From Methanomassiliicoccales archaeon (GTDB lineage Archaea > Thermoplasmatota > Thermoplasmata > Methanomassiliicoccales > UBA472), in contig JAPKYJ010000013.1 in assembly GCA_026394375.1 (NCBI GenBank), positions 2,089 to 66,088 of the forward strand: a stretch of DNA of 64,000 bases, in the 5' to 3' direction. The notes beneath the pieces are model-generated. The model was not told the DNA's origin. It worked only from the letters and a program-made list of their open reading frames with translations, and did no database searches. Shown in pieces: positions 25,927 to 36,704 of the stretch. Position numbers and translations under genes: made by a program. Every line of letters begins with the position of its first letter. Within the stretch, counting starts at the first letter, position 1.

Positions 25927-26880
25927 ATGACAACGAATGATGTAAGTCCCAAATCCACGGCAACAGGTCCACGACCGGTCCATACCTACTCCATCGTGGC
26001 GATCGACAATGAGACGGGGGACATGGGTGTGGCGGTGCAATCGCATTGGTTCTCCGTGGGCAGCGTGGTCGCCTGGGGTGAAGCCGGGGTGGGGGTGGTG
26101 GCGACCCAGGCCTTCGTCAATCCGGCCTTTGGACCGAAGGGGCTCGATCTCATGCGAAGCGGGCTCAGTCCCGCGGAGGCGGTGGACATGCTCCTTCCCT
26201 CAGATGAAGGAAGGGAATCCAGACAGCTTGCTCTCCTGGACACCAAGGGGCGAGTGGCTGCCCACACGGGCAAGGCCTGCATCGCGGAGGCAGGGCACAT
26301 TATCGGCAATGGCTATTCCGTGCAGGCGAACATGATGCTCCGGAGAACGGTCTGGCCTTCCATGGCCCGGGCGTTCGAGAAGGCGCGAGGTCCCTTGGCA
26401 GAGAGAACGTTAGGCGCCTTGGAAGCGGCTGAGAAGGCTGGAGGGGACATCAGAGGAAGACAGTCCGCCGCTCTGTTGGTGGTCCGAGGACGCTCGACCG
26501 GCAGGCCCTGGACAGACCGTCTCGTCGATCTTCGGGTAGATGATTCTCCTGAACCGCTGCTTGAGCTCAAACGCCTCCTCAAAATGCACCGCGCCTACGA
26601 ATCGATGAACCAGGGGGACGAAGAGCTGGAGAAAGGGCACATGCGGGCGGCCATGCGCTGTTATTCCGCCGCCGAGGAGATGTTCCCTGAGAACCTGGAG
26701 ATGCGCTTTTGGCATGGGGTGACACTGGCGAACTGCGGCCGACTGGAAGAGGCGGTCCCTATCCTGAGGCAGGTGTTCGAGGAGGACGATCACTGGCGAG
26801 TGCTTCTGAAGCGCTTGCCAAAGGCTGGAGTGCTGAAAGCAGATGCGAAGTCCCTGCTCGCCATGATCGATGCTAAGTGA
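25927..26880 (+). CDS. DUF1028 (Ntn-hydrolase-like) family protein
   Basis: HTYSIVAIDNETGDMGVAVQSHWFSVGSVVAWGEAGVGVVATQAF is the typical DUF1028 N-terminus. ATG 25927 is preceded by GAGGAAGGAG. Confidence 0.7.
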   Translation: MTTNDVSPKSTATGPRPVHTYSIVAIDNETGDMGVAVQSHWFSVGSVVAWGEAGVGVVATQAFVNPAFGPKGLDLMRSGLSPAEAVDMLLPSDEGRESRQLALLDTKGRVAAHTGKACIAEAGHIIGNGYSVQANMMLRRTVWPSMARAFEKARGPLAERTLGALEAAEKAGGDIRGRQSAALLVVRGRSTGRPWTDRLVDLRVDDSPEPLLELKRLLKMHRAYESMNQGDEELEKGHMRAAMRCYSAAEEMFPENLEMRFWHGVTLANCGRLEEAVPILRQVFEEDDHWRVLLKRLPKAGVLKADAKSLLAMIDAK

Positions 26881-26949
26881 TCATTGGTCCAGAATGTCGC
26901 CTCTGGGAATCTGACGGTATGATCGCTCACATCTGTTGCTGAAGCACGG

Positions 26950-27449
26950 TCATTCGATGACCACTAAGACCTTCCCGCCTTCCACCGCCTCTGCCGGCTT
27001 CACCTTGATCTCCTTGATGGTGCCGTTCACTCCCGCCAATATCTCGTTCTCCATTTTCATCGCTTCCAATATGAGAACGAGGGTGTTGGGGTGCACTTTG
27101 TCCCCCACCTTCACCTTGATGCTGACCACCTTTCCAGGCATAGGGGCGGTGATAGCACCCGCTGCCTCTTTGTGTGCTGCTCCCTCCTCCTCTTCCTTGT
27201 AGCCTTCGGCCCTCTCCAGTTCGATGATCGGTTCGATGCGCACCTTCATCTTCCTCTGGCCCAAGGTGACCTCCGCGCCCTCATCTAGTTCACCGTCGAA
27301 TTGGATGGGAAGGAACTCGCCGTTGACGTTCATTCCCCCCTCCTTGGGCATGCATTTGAACGACGAGTCGCCGATGACCACCTTGTAATCGCCGGCGTTC
27401 TTCTCCACCAGGACCTCGTGCTGCTTGTCGTTGAGGGTGATGCGGAGCT

Positions 27450-27462
<13 letters not shown>
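26950..27462 (-). CDS. biotin carboxyl carrier protein (1.3S-like subunit)
   Basis: The C-terminal biotinyl domain is PMPGKVVSIKVKVGDKV...LILEAMKMENEI. The N-terminus LKLRITLNDKQHEV parallels MKLKVTVNG of the Propionibacterium 1.3S subunit as I recall it. I prefer the GTG start at 27462, which overlaps the 5S stop by 13 nt. Confidence 0.8.
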
Positions 27463-28937
<1,475 letters not shown>

Positions 28938-28947
28938 CCTTCGTACC

Positions 28948-30525
28948 TCACAGGGGCATGTTGCCGTGCTTCTTTGCCGGTCTGGTCTCCCTTTTCCTTT
29001 CTAGGGTGTGCAGGGCGTTAATCAGCTTCGCCCGCGTTTCCCTCGGTTCGATGACGTCGTCGATGTATCCCTTCTCCGCTGCGGTGTAGGGATTCGCCTG
29101 GGTGCGACGATACTCTTGGGCAAGCTCTTCACGCTTCGATTGGGGATCGTCCGCCAGTATGAGCTCCTTCTTGTACACGATGTCTATGGCCTGCTCCGGT
29201 GCCATTATGGCGATCTCCGCCGAAGGCCAGGCTAGGTTGATGTCCGCCCGGATGTGCTTGGAACCCATGACGCAATATGCCCCGCCGAACGCCTTTCGCA
29301 GCACCAGGGTGATCTTGGGCACCGTCGCCTCGCAGTAGGCGTACATGAGCTTGGCCGAGTTGCGGACCATGCCCAGCGTCTCCTGCTCCACGTTCGGCAG
29401 GTAGCCAGGTACGTCCACCAGCGTTACTATGGGAAGGTTGAAGGCGTCGCAGAAGCGGACGAATCGGGCCGCTTTGATGGATGCGTGCGAGTCGATGGTG
29501 CCCGCCAGGACCGAAGGGTGATTGGCCACGATGCCCACCGGCATGCCGTCCAGGCGAGCGAAGCCCACGATGATGTTCCTGGCGTAGTCCTCCTGGACCT
29601 CCAAGAACTCGCCTTCGTCCACCACCTTCTCGATCACTTCATGCATGTTCAATGGCTTGATGGGGTCCTCAGGGATGGCGTCGTTGAGGGCGTCCTCCGT
29701 CCGGTCGGGGGGATCCTTGGTCGGCACGCGGAGCCCTCCTTCCAGGTTGTTGGATGGTAAGTAGGATAGCAGCTTCTTGGCCTTGCGCAGGCACGCGGCC
29801 TCGTCCTCGGTGACGAAGTGCGCGCTTCCAGATTTCGAGGTGTGCACCTCCGCTCCTCCTAGCTCTTCGATGGAGATGTCGATGTTCTGCACCGCCTTGA
29901 TGACGTCCGGCGCGACCACGAACATCTGGCTGGTGCCTTTGACCATGAATGTGAAGTCGCTCAGACCGGGGAAGAAGACCGCCGGGCCGGCGCATGGACC
30001 TAGCACCAGGGAAATGACCGGCACCACTCCCGAGGCAAGAGAGATGCGGAAGAATATCTCGGCGTAGCCGGCGAGCGAATCGATGCCTTCCTGCACCCTC
30101 GCTCCGCCCGAATCATACATACCGATGACCGGACAGCCGGTCTTGGCCGCCAGGTCGATGGCCTTGCAGATCTTGGAGGCGTGCATCTTGCCCACCGAGC
30201 CAGCGAACACGGTGAAGTCCTGCGCGAACACGTACACTTGCTTTCCGTCCACGGTCCCGTGGCCGATGACCACCCCATCGCCGAGGATCTTGTTCTTGTC
30301 CATCCCGAAGGCGTTGCTCTGGTGGGTGAGGAAGGCGTCCAGCTCCACGAAGCTGCCTGGGTCAAGGATGGCCTCGATGCGCTCTCTGGCCGTCATCTTG
30401 CCTTGCTTGTGCTGCTTCTCGATTCTCTCGCTACCCCCACCAGCCTTGGTCCTCCGCCTCAGCTCCCTGAGCTCGCGGATCTCCTTCCTCTCCCTGTTCG
30501 CCTCCTCACTCGGCATCACGCGCAC
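28948..30525 (-). CDS. acyl-CoA carboxyltransferase 12S subunit (methylmalonyl-/propionyl-CoA carboxyltransferase beta family)
   Basis: 525 aa with a duplicated crotonase-like carboxyltransferase pattern (GKMTARERI..., DFTVFAGS, GPCAGPAV, ANHPSVLAGT, AFGGAYCVM). Confidence 0.9.
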   Translation of the reverse strand: MRVMPSEEANRERKEIRELRELRRRTKAGGGSERIEKQHKQGKMTARERIEAILDPGSFVELDAFLTHQSNAFGMDKNKILGDGVVIGHGTVDGKQVYVFAQDFTVFAGSVGKMHASKICKAIDLAAKTGCPVIGMYDSGGARVQEGIDSLAGYAEIFFRISLASGVVPVISLVLGPCAGPAVFFPGLSDFTFMVKGTSQMFVVAPDVIKAVQNIDISIEELGGAEVHTSKSGSAHFVTEDEAACLRKAKKLLSYLPSNNLEGGLRVPTKDPPDRTEDALNDAIPEDPIKPLNMHEVIEKVVDEGEFLEVQEDYARNIIVGFARLDGMPVGIVANHPSVLAGTIDSHASIKAARFVRFCDAFNLPIVTLVDVPGYLPNVEQETLGMVRNSAKLMYAYCEATVPKITLVLRKAFGGAYCVMGSKHIRADINLAWPSAEIAIMAPEQAIDIVYKKELILADDPQSKREELAQEYRRTQANPYTAAEKGYIDDVIEPRETRAKLINALHTLERKRETRPAKKHGNMPL

Positions 30526-30571
30526 GCTCCAGCCACTCGAAATGAATTCACCATTCTATAATAATGCTTTG

Positions 30572-31336
30572 TCATTGGAGGCTCGCCTCCTCGGTCTCGA
30601 GCAATCTCAGGGTGGTCTCGCTCACCCAGCTGAGCTTCACCAGCGGACCTTCATCGCTCCGCACCACCAATCCGCCGTCCTTCAGGACCCGTAAGGCCTT
30701 CCCTCGAACGACCTTTCCGCCAAGGTTCGCCTCCACCTTCCGGCCGAGCACGGAGGAGCGGCGCTTGTACTCGGCCTCGTCCACCTCGCCCTTCTTGAGC
30801 CGAGAATAGAAGCGGTCTAGGTGCTGTAGGATGCTGGCTAGCAGCTGCTCCTGGTCTACCTCGTGGCACGAGGCCGCTCTCAGGGAGACTGCCCTCTCCA
30901 CCTGATCCGTTGCCGGCTCGGCATTCACATTGATGCCGATGCCCAGCACCACGAAGTCCATCCGGTTCAGCTTGCTCACCCCCTCCACGAGGATGCCGCC
31001 CAGCTTCCTTCCCTCCAGCTCCAGGTCGTTGGGCCATTTGACCTGAACCCGGAGGCCGGTGACCTCCTCGATGGCCTGGGCCACCGGCACGCACGAATAC
31101 ACAGTCATGCGCAGCAGCTCCTTGGTGGTGAGCTGCGGTCTGAGGAGTAACGACAGATACAGACCCCCTGGGGGCGAGGACCACGTTCTGCCCAACCTTC
31201 CCTTGCCAGCGCTCTGACTTTCGGCCACGATCACCAATCCCTCAGCTGCCCCCGCTTTTCCTCTGGCCTTGGCCTCGTCGTTGGTGGACGCGACCTCTCC
31301 CTGGTGGACGATGCGGTGCACGATTGTCATCCTCAT
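30572..31336 (-). CDS. birA: biotin-[acetyl-CoA-carboxylase] ligase
   Basis: The motif GKGRLGRTWSSPPGGLYLSLLL is present. There is no N-terminal HTH domain (254 aa). Confidence 0.85.
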   Translation of the reverse strand: MRMTIVHRIVHQGEVASTNDEAKARGKAGAAEGLVIVAESQSAGKGRLGRTWSSPPGGLYLSLLLRPQLTTKELLRMTVYSCVPVAQAIEEVTGLRVQVKWPNDLELEGRKLGGILVEGVSKLNRMDFVVLGIGINVNAEPATDQVERAVSLRAASCHEVDQEQLLASILQHLDRFYSRLKKGEVDEAEYKRRSSVLGRKVEANLGGKVVRGKALRVLKDGGLVVRSDEGPLVKLSWVSETTLRLLETEEASLQ

Positions 31337-31341
31337 CCCGT

Positions 31342-32274
31342 CTAGAATTCTATGGGCTGGAAACTCACCAGCTGGAACTTCCCTTTGAGCCGGGAGATGT
31401 ACTCCTCGGTCTTCGCTTTCAGAGTGCCTAGGTCCCCTGCGTAGCCGCTCGCGTCCGCCACGATGCTCAAGGACATGCGGTCGTAGTAGACCAGCACCTT
31501 GGTCGACACGGAAAGCAGGTTGATACCTTGATCGGCCATGGCCCTGGCGATCTCGAATATCGCTCCTGGCTTGTCAGGGATGATGAAGTCCATGGCCGCC
31601 AGCTTGGCCTTCAGGTCCATCGGGGTCACGGAGAGCACCCAAGAATCCTGGTCTGCGACCATGACCAGCGGGTCGCCGTCCTTCACTCCCTCCAGCGCGC
31701 GCATGTACTCCTCCGGAATGGTGAACTCACCGTTCTGAATCATGCTCGGGGTCTTCTGCAATCGCTTGATGACACGCACCTTGACGGTAGAGCCAGGAGC
31801 TACCACCCCTTTGACATAGCGGTCACTGATGTTCGCCGCTTCTACTACCATGGCGTCCGCCTTGTCCAAGGTGGCGGAGCGCTGCTTCTTGAGATTGTCG
31901 AACTCCTCCCTGAGGACGGTCGAGTCGCCATAGTAGGAGAGATCGACCATCATCTTCCACACCATGCATACGTTGGAGATCATGCTCAAGGAGACCGAGT
32001 TCAGGATGTCGATGTTCCTCTCTCCCAGGAACTTCGCCACCTGAGCGCAGGCTCCGGGAACATCCAGCATGTGGAAGGTGACGGTGCATATCTCGCGATA
32101 GTTCTCAGGGCCGATGGTGGAGAGGACGATCTCGTAGCTCGTCTTTCCATCGTGCTCGTACTTGAACATAGTGCTGAAGACCTGGCTTCCGTCCACCAGA
32201 CCCAGGGGAGCGCCGATGCGCTCGCCAATCCTCACCTTCGAGCCATGCAGCCGACCGAAATCGTGTATGCGCAT
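31342..32274 (-). CDS. hypothetical protein with two ACT-like domains
   Basis: From internal ATG 32274 (MRIHDFGRLHG...). ACT-like segments are VTFHMLDVPGACAQVAKFLGERNIDILNS and FIIPDKPGAIFEIARAMADQGINLLSV. The track extension to 32763 runs through the padR promoter region and is Arg/Leu/His-rich junk. Confidence 0.55.
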   Translation of the reverse strand: MRIHDFGRLHGSKVRIGERIGAPLGLVDGSQVFSTMFKYEHDGKTSYEIVLSTIGPENYREICTVTFHMLDVPGACAQVAKFLGERNIDILNSVSLSMISNVCMVWKMMVDLSYYGDSTVLREEFDNLKKQRSATLDKADAMVVEAANISDRYVKGVVAPGSTVKVRVIKRLQKTPSMIQNGEFTIPEEYMRALEGVKDGDPLVMVADQDSWVLSVTPMDLKAKLAAMDFIIPDKPGAIFEIARAMADQGINLLSVSTKVLVYYDRMSLSIVADASGYAGDLGTLKAKTEEYISRLKGKFQLVSFQPIEF

Positions 32275-32460
32275 TATCCGACCGGGCGCTGAATCCGTTC
32301 TGCCTTGATAAACGTTGTCATGCTCTCTTTCCTTGCATCTGGATGCGCTCGAGTCTGAGGGTTCGAGCACGCGACGTTGGTCGGAGCAAGATACATATAG
32401 GGGCCGCTCATTAGGTGGCGACAAACTAGGTAGATATCTACTTAGAAACCAAGTGATCGG

Positions 32461-33027
32461 ATGACAGCGAAAGCGAAGGGACATCAACCCAAGGCGGGAC
32501 GCGTGAGCCCACTCCAGTCCATCATGCTCATACTCCTGCGGCACAAGCCGATGTACGGCTATGAACTGCTCAAGGTGCTCAGAGAGGAGTTCGAGGACAT
32601 CTGGGTTCCGCAGACCGGCACGGTCTATCCCGCCTTGAAGCGGCTGGAGGAGCGCGGCCTGGTGCTCACCAAGAAGAGGGACGGAACGGAGTACTACCAA
32701 CTCACCAAGGAAGGCGTGGAAACGATGGAGGACATCGTCGGGCATGTCCCCGGAGACATCCACTTCATGATCCGCTACTTTGGGATCCTGGACCGGGCGG
32801 CCAAGGAGATCCGTGGAACGAGCCCATTATCCAAGATGTCCCCCTCTGGCTTTGAGGAGAAGGGGTTCTCAGCCATGTTCGAGGTGGACCGGATGTCCCC
32901 TGAGGAGAAGCTGAGCTTCCTGCGCAAGGTGAGGGAGCGGCATCTCAACAAACTGGCATCCATGCAAGGCGAGCTAGAGGAATTGGAGAGGAAACTGGAA
33001 GGCAAGAAAGGAGCGCAGAAGGAATGA
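32461..33027 (+). CDS. PadR-family transcriptional regulator
   Basis: The winged-helix signature is PMYGYELLKVL...GTVYPALKRLEERGLV. Confidence 0.8.
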   Translation: MTAKAKGHQPKAGRVSPLQSIMLILLRHKPMYGYELLKVLREEFEDIWVPQTGTVYPALKRLEERGLVLTKKRDGTEYYQLTKEGVETMEDIVGHVPGDIHFMIRYFGILDRAAKEIRGTSPLSKMSPSGFEEKGFSAMFEVDRMSPEEKLSFLRKVRERHLNKLASMQGELEELERKLEGKKGAQKE

Positions 33028-34031
33028 GTGCGATAATCGAAGTGAAAGAGCTGTCCAAACGGTTCAGTCCGGAGGTTCTGGCCGTCGATAATATCTCCTT
33101 CTCGGTCGAGGAGGGCGAGATATTCGGCTTCCTCGGTCCGAACGGGGCGGGAAAGACGACGACCATCTCCATTCTCACCACGCTGCTTAAGCCGACAGGC
33201 GGGGTGGCGATGGTCGCGGGCTACGACGTTATGAAGAACGCTACCAAGGTCCGCAGCATCATCGGGCTGGTACCTCAGGACCTGACGGTGGACGACGATC
33301 TGACTGGCCGGGAGAACATGACGCTTCAGGCCGATCTTTATAACGTCCCCCGGCAGGACGCCAAGGAGAGGATCGATAACCTGCTGGGATTGGTGAAGCT
33401 GGAAGATGCGGCGGACCGTATGGTCAAAACATACTCCGGCGGAATGAGGAAGAGATTGGAGCTGGCCGAAGGTCTGATCCACCGACCGAAGGTCCTGTTC
33501 CTGGACGAGCCGACACTAGGGTTGGACGTCCAGACCAGGACGACGATGTGGGAGCACATCCGCGAACTGAAGCAAAAGCATAACATGACGGTTTTCATGA
33601 CCACGCACTATCTGGATGAGGCGGACTCGTTGTGCGACCGCATCGGGATCATCGACCACGGTCGGATCATGGCCCTTGACACCCCCGAGACCTTGAAGAG
33701 GTCGCTCGGCGGGGACGTCATCGAGATGACGATCGATGACGAGAAGGATTTCACTCCAGCGCTCAAGGCGATGGAAGGCGTGCTCGAGGCGAAGAAGGAG
33801 GGCAGCGAGTACCGCGTGAAGGTGCTCAAAGGAGAGCGGGAGATGCCTCAGGTTCTCAAAGCCATCAGCGACGGCGGCGGTACGGTTACGAGCGTCAGCC
33901 TGCATCGTCCCAACCTGGACCAGGTCTTCCTGGAGTACACTGGCCGTTCGCTTAGGGACGCGGAGCAGGCTGGATCCATGAACAAGACCCAGGCCAGGAT
34001 GCAAGCGATTCAGAACCAGAGGAGGCGTTAG
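33024..34031 (+). CDS. ABC transporter ATP-binding protein (DrrA/ABC-2 type)
   Basis: Walker A GPNGAGKTT, signature YSGGMRKRL and Walker B VLFLDEPT. The start overlaps the padR stop. Confidence 0.9.
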   Translation: MSAIIEVKELSKRFSPEVLAVDNISFSVEEGEIFGFLGPNGAGKTTTISILTTLLKPTGGVAMVAGYDVMKNATKVRSIIGLVPQDLTVDDDLTGRENMTLQADLYNVPRQDAKERIDNLLGLVKLEDAADRMVKTYSGGMRKRLELAEGLIHRPKVLFLDEPTLGLDVQTRTTMWEHIRELKQKHNMTVFMTTHYLDEADSLCDRIGIIDHGRIMALDTPETLKRSLGGDVIEMTIDDEKDFTPALKAMEGVLEAKKEGSEYRVKVLKGEREMPQVLKAISDGGGTVTSVSLHRPNLDQVFLEYTGRSLRDAEQAGSMNKTQARMQAIQNQRRR

Positions 34032-34032
34032 G

Positions 34033-34833
34033 GTGCTCCATGAGACTTATGCGCTCACCATCAGGGAGCTGAAGCACTGGTATCGGGTGAGGGTGCAGAT
34101 CCTAATGACCCTCATACAGCCAGTGGTTTGGCTCGGCCTGTTCGGTCAGGCCTTCCAATTGCCCATTCCGCCCAGCGCACTAGGAGGAGCGCCCAACTAC
34201 TTCTCCTACATGGCTATCGGTATGCTTGCCGTCACCACGCTGTTCACCTGCATGTTCGGCGGCTTCTCTCTGGTCTGGGACCGCAGGTTCGGTTTCTTGA
34301 CAAAGCTCAAGGTGGCCCCGATACCGAGAGGAGCGGTCCCACTGTCGAGGATCACAGCAACCATGGTGCGCGCGATGGTCCAGGCCATCATCGTGTTCCT
34401 CATAGCATTGGCCTTCACGCTGATCCCCGGTCTAGTTGGATTGAGCCTCAGCCCGCAGTTCAATGTAGTCGACCTGCTGGGATTGTTCTTCGTGCTGGCC
34501 TTGCTGGCCTTGGCCTTCGCGGCAGTGTTCATATCCATCGCGCTAACGATCGAGAACCAGGAGACGCTGATGGCGGTCGTCAACCTGCTCAACCTGCCGA
34601 TAATGTTCGCCTCGGCGGCGCTGTTCCCGATGACCTTCATGCCTCAATGGCTGCAGACTGTCGCGAACTGCAACCCGCTCACATGGGCGGTCGATGCGGC
34701 GAGGACGTTCGTCTTCCACAGCGCGAGCCCGATCAACCCACTGTGGCTGGACATCACCGCGCTCGCCGTCTTCTGCTCCATCTTGGTGGCGGTGAGCTTC
34801 TATGTCGCGAAGAAGCAGCTGAGCGCGAAGTGA
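34033..34833 (+). CDS. ABC-2 type transporter permease
   Basis: 266 aa with six hydrophobic segments. It starts immediately downstream of the ATPase (GTG 34033). Confidence 0.85.
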   Translation: MLHETYALTIRELKHWYRVRVQILMTLIQPVVWLGLFGQAFQLPIPPSALGGAPNYFSYMAIGMLAVTTLFTCMFGGFSLVWDRRFGFLTKLKVAPIPRGAVPLSRITATMVRAMVQAIIVFLIALAFTLIPGLVGLSLSPQFNVVDLLGLFFVLALLALAFAAVFISIALTIENQETLMAVVNLLNLPIMFASAALFPMTFMPQWLQTVANCNPLTWAVDAARTFVFHSASPINPLWLDITALAVFCSILVAVSFYVAKKQLSAK

Positions 34834-34852
34834 AACCCTTTTCCGTATCTAT

Positions 34853-34877
34853 GGGCGGTTCACCGCCCCTTTCTTTC
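34853..34877. terminator. GC hairpin plus T-rich tract between convergent genes
   Basis: GGGCGG-ttca-CCGCCC (34853-34868) is followed by CTTTCTTTC. Confidence 0.35.
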
Positions 34878-34924
34878 AATTATCCCAGCTTGACGATCAA
34901 GGCTTGATTGCATCTTACTAGCAT

Positions 34925-35731
34925 CTACGTGCGTGCGTCCTCATCCAGCCAGACTCTCAAGTTCTGTACCGCCAGGACGAAATCCTCCGCTCCCGGCGCA
35001 TCGAATACGGGCGCTCCCTCCAGGTCTGCTTCCACCAAGGCCTTGGAATATGGAAGCGTGCTCACAGGTTCCAGACCGAAGTTGTTCCGCAACCCCGCCT
35101 TCATCATCCGTCCTTCCTCCTCAGAGGAGATCTTGTTCATGACCACCGCCACCCTTCCGATGCCCAATTCGGCGGCCATCTGCCCTATCTTCCTCGCTAT
35201 CTCCATGGACCTCTGCCCAGGTTCGATGACCACAAGCATGATATCAACCGAGCGTGCGGTGGACCTCCCCAAATGCTCCAGACCCTCTTCCATGTCCATG
35301 ATCACAATCTCGTCCTCCTCCAGCAGAAGGTGGTCCATGACCCTCTTCAGCAAGGTGGACTCGGGAGAGAAGCAGCCCTCGCCCGCGGTGTTGATCGCGC
35401 CCAGCAGCAAGACCTCTACCTTGTCCGGGCCTTCCACCGAATAGTTCTCCATCAGGTCATTCACCCTTGGATTGAGCTTGAACATGCCGCCATGGCCTTG
35501 TCCGGGACGGGCGCCGGGCTTCTCCTCGATGAGATCGTACATCGAGGCCAGGGGCTTGGCCTTCTCCCTCTCTTTCGGGGGGATGCCGACGGCGGCCATC
35601 AGCGAGGCCGAGGGGTCCGCGTCCACGGCGAGCACTTTCCGACCCTCTCGCGCATACAGCCTGGAGAGCACCGCCGCCACGGTGGTCTTGCCCACCCCTC
35701 TCTTGCCCGATATGGCGATCTTGAGGGGCAT
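34925..35731 (-). CDS. cooC: CooC-family P-loop ATPase paralogue with a degenerate metal motif
   Basis: Walker A SGKRGVGKTT and a DADPSAS segment are present. The position of the CxC Ni motif reads GEGCFSPES: Cys120 at 35372-35374 and Ser122 at 35366-35368. Confidence 0.8.
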   Translation of the reverse strand: MPLKIAISGKRGVGKTTVAAVLSRLYAREGRKVLAVDADPSASLMAAVGIPPKEREKAKPLASMYDLIEEKPGARPGQGHGGMFKLNPRVNDLMENYSVEGPDKVEVLLLGAINTAGEGCFSPESTLLKRVMDHLLLEEDEIVIMDMEEGLEHLGRSTARSVDIMLVVIEPGQRSMEIARKIGQMAAELGIGRVAVVMNKISSEEEGRMMKAGLRNNFGLEPVSTLPYSKALVEADLEGAPVFDAPGAEDFVLAVQNLRVWLDEDART

Positions 35732-35923
35732 TCAATCCCTCATGAAGACGATGCCGTGGCTGAGCAGGTTTGCTTCTTTGAACCTCACGCCCTGCAGCAC
35801 CATCCTCTCGCCGATAAGGCTGACGCACACCGCGTCCTTGCCATCCATGGCGATGCGCGCGACATCGTCCATGACCTTGCGGGCCTCGCCCTCCTCCTCC
35901 AAGAACACCGCTGACTCGCACAT
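35732..35923 (-). CDS. cooT: CooT-family nickel chaperone
   Basis: MCESAVFLEEEGEARKVMDDVARIAMDGKDAVCVSLIGERMVLQGVRFKEANLLSHGIVF fits the ~63-aa CooT pattern (Met-Cys-Glu N-terminus). I therefore prefer the second ATG at 35923 over the track start at 35935. It abuts cooC. Confidence 0.7.
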   Translation of the reverse strand: MCESAVFLEEEGEARKVMDDVARIAMDGKDAVCVSLIGERMVLQGVRFKEANLLSHGIVFMRD

Positions 35924-35988
35924 GTTCGCAAACAAAGCGGGCTGTCGTATTTAATCGTTGTTCGGCTTGTTCCGCCTCCCCACGACCT

Positions 35989-36429
35989 TCATGCCAGGGG
36001 GGTGACGTTCGCTCCAGGCTCGAGCTGCGAAGGCTTGACGCCCTCGCCGTAGAAGATGTACCGGGTCGGCACTCGCCGGTAGAGCCCGGTCCAGTAGCGA
36101 CAGGAGCGACATTTGTAGCCCACCGTCACAGAACCACCGAAGATGGTCTCGTTCTGGATGCGCTTGGTCTTGGAGCCGCACACCGGGCACCTTCCATGGC
36201 GGGACTTCTCTTCCGCCTCCCGGGTCTCGATCTGCACCTTGGCCAGTTTCTTGACCAGCGTCACCTTGCGGATGCGTACCTCCGAGGCGGTGTAATCGAG
36301 GTCCACCCGCTTCAGGCTGGCATTGACCAGCTCCGTGAAGCGGTTCTGAGAGAAGACCGTGCTCTGTTCCCGAAGGGCCTCCTTGATCGCCTCGGCCAAA
36401 ACGTCCGCCTTGGGGATCTTGTAGGGCAT
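35989..36429 (-). CDS. hypothetical zinc-ribbon protein
   Basis: 146 aa with CPVCGSK...N20...CRSCRY (a four-Cys ribbon). I recognise no family. Confidence 0.5.
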   Translation of the reverse strand: MPYKIPKADVLAEAIKEALREQSTVFSQNRFTELVNASLKRVDLDYTASEVRIRKVTLVKKLAKVQIETREAEEKSRHGRCPVCGSKTKRIQNETIFGGSVTVGYKCRSCRYWTGLYRRVPTRYIFYGEGVKPSQLEPGANVTPLA

Positions 36430-36704
36430 CGTTCAGCTAAACACCTTGAAAATAGAATATACTTTCTTGTCCGGCTCGATGCCTCTTTCCTATGCGTAGG
36501 GCAAAGAAACGGAGGATGTCGTGAAGCCTGGCCCGTGCGACACATTGGCGATCCTCGTCAATCAGTATTCTATTCGTTCATAGAAGGCCCCGATAGGTCT
36601 CGTCGTCTTGCTTGCCATAATAAGGCCGAGCCGGTGCCAAGCGATGGCAGGGCACGCACAATGCACATATATGCCCCCCTCCCATGGTTCGGCTGGTGTC
36701 GAGA

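Noticed and set aside
32275-32763. 163-codon N-terminal extension of the ACT-domain ORF
   Set aside because: It would run through the padR start (32461) and its promoter region on the other strand. The extension has junk-like composition, and the homologous-looking protein starts at MRIHDFG (32274).
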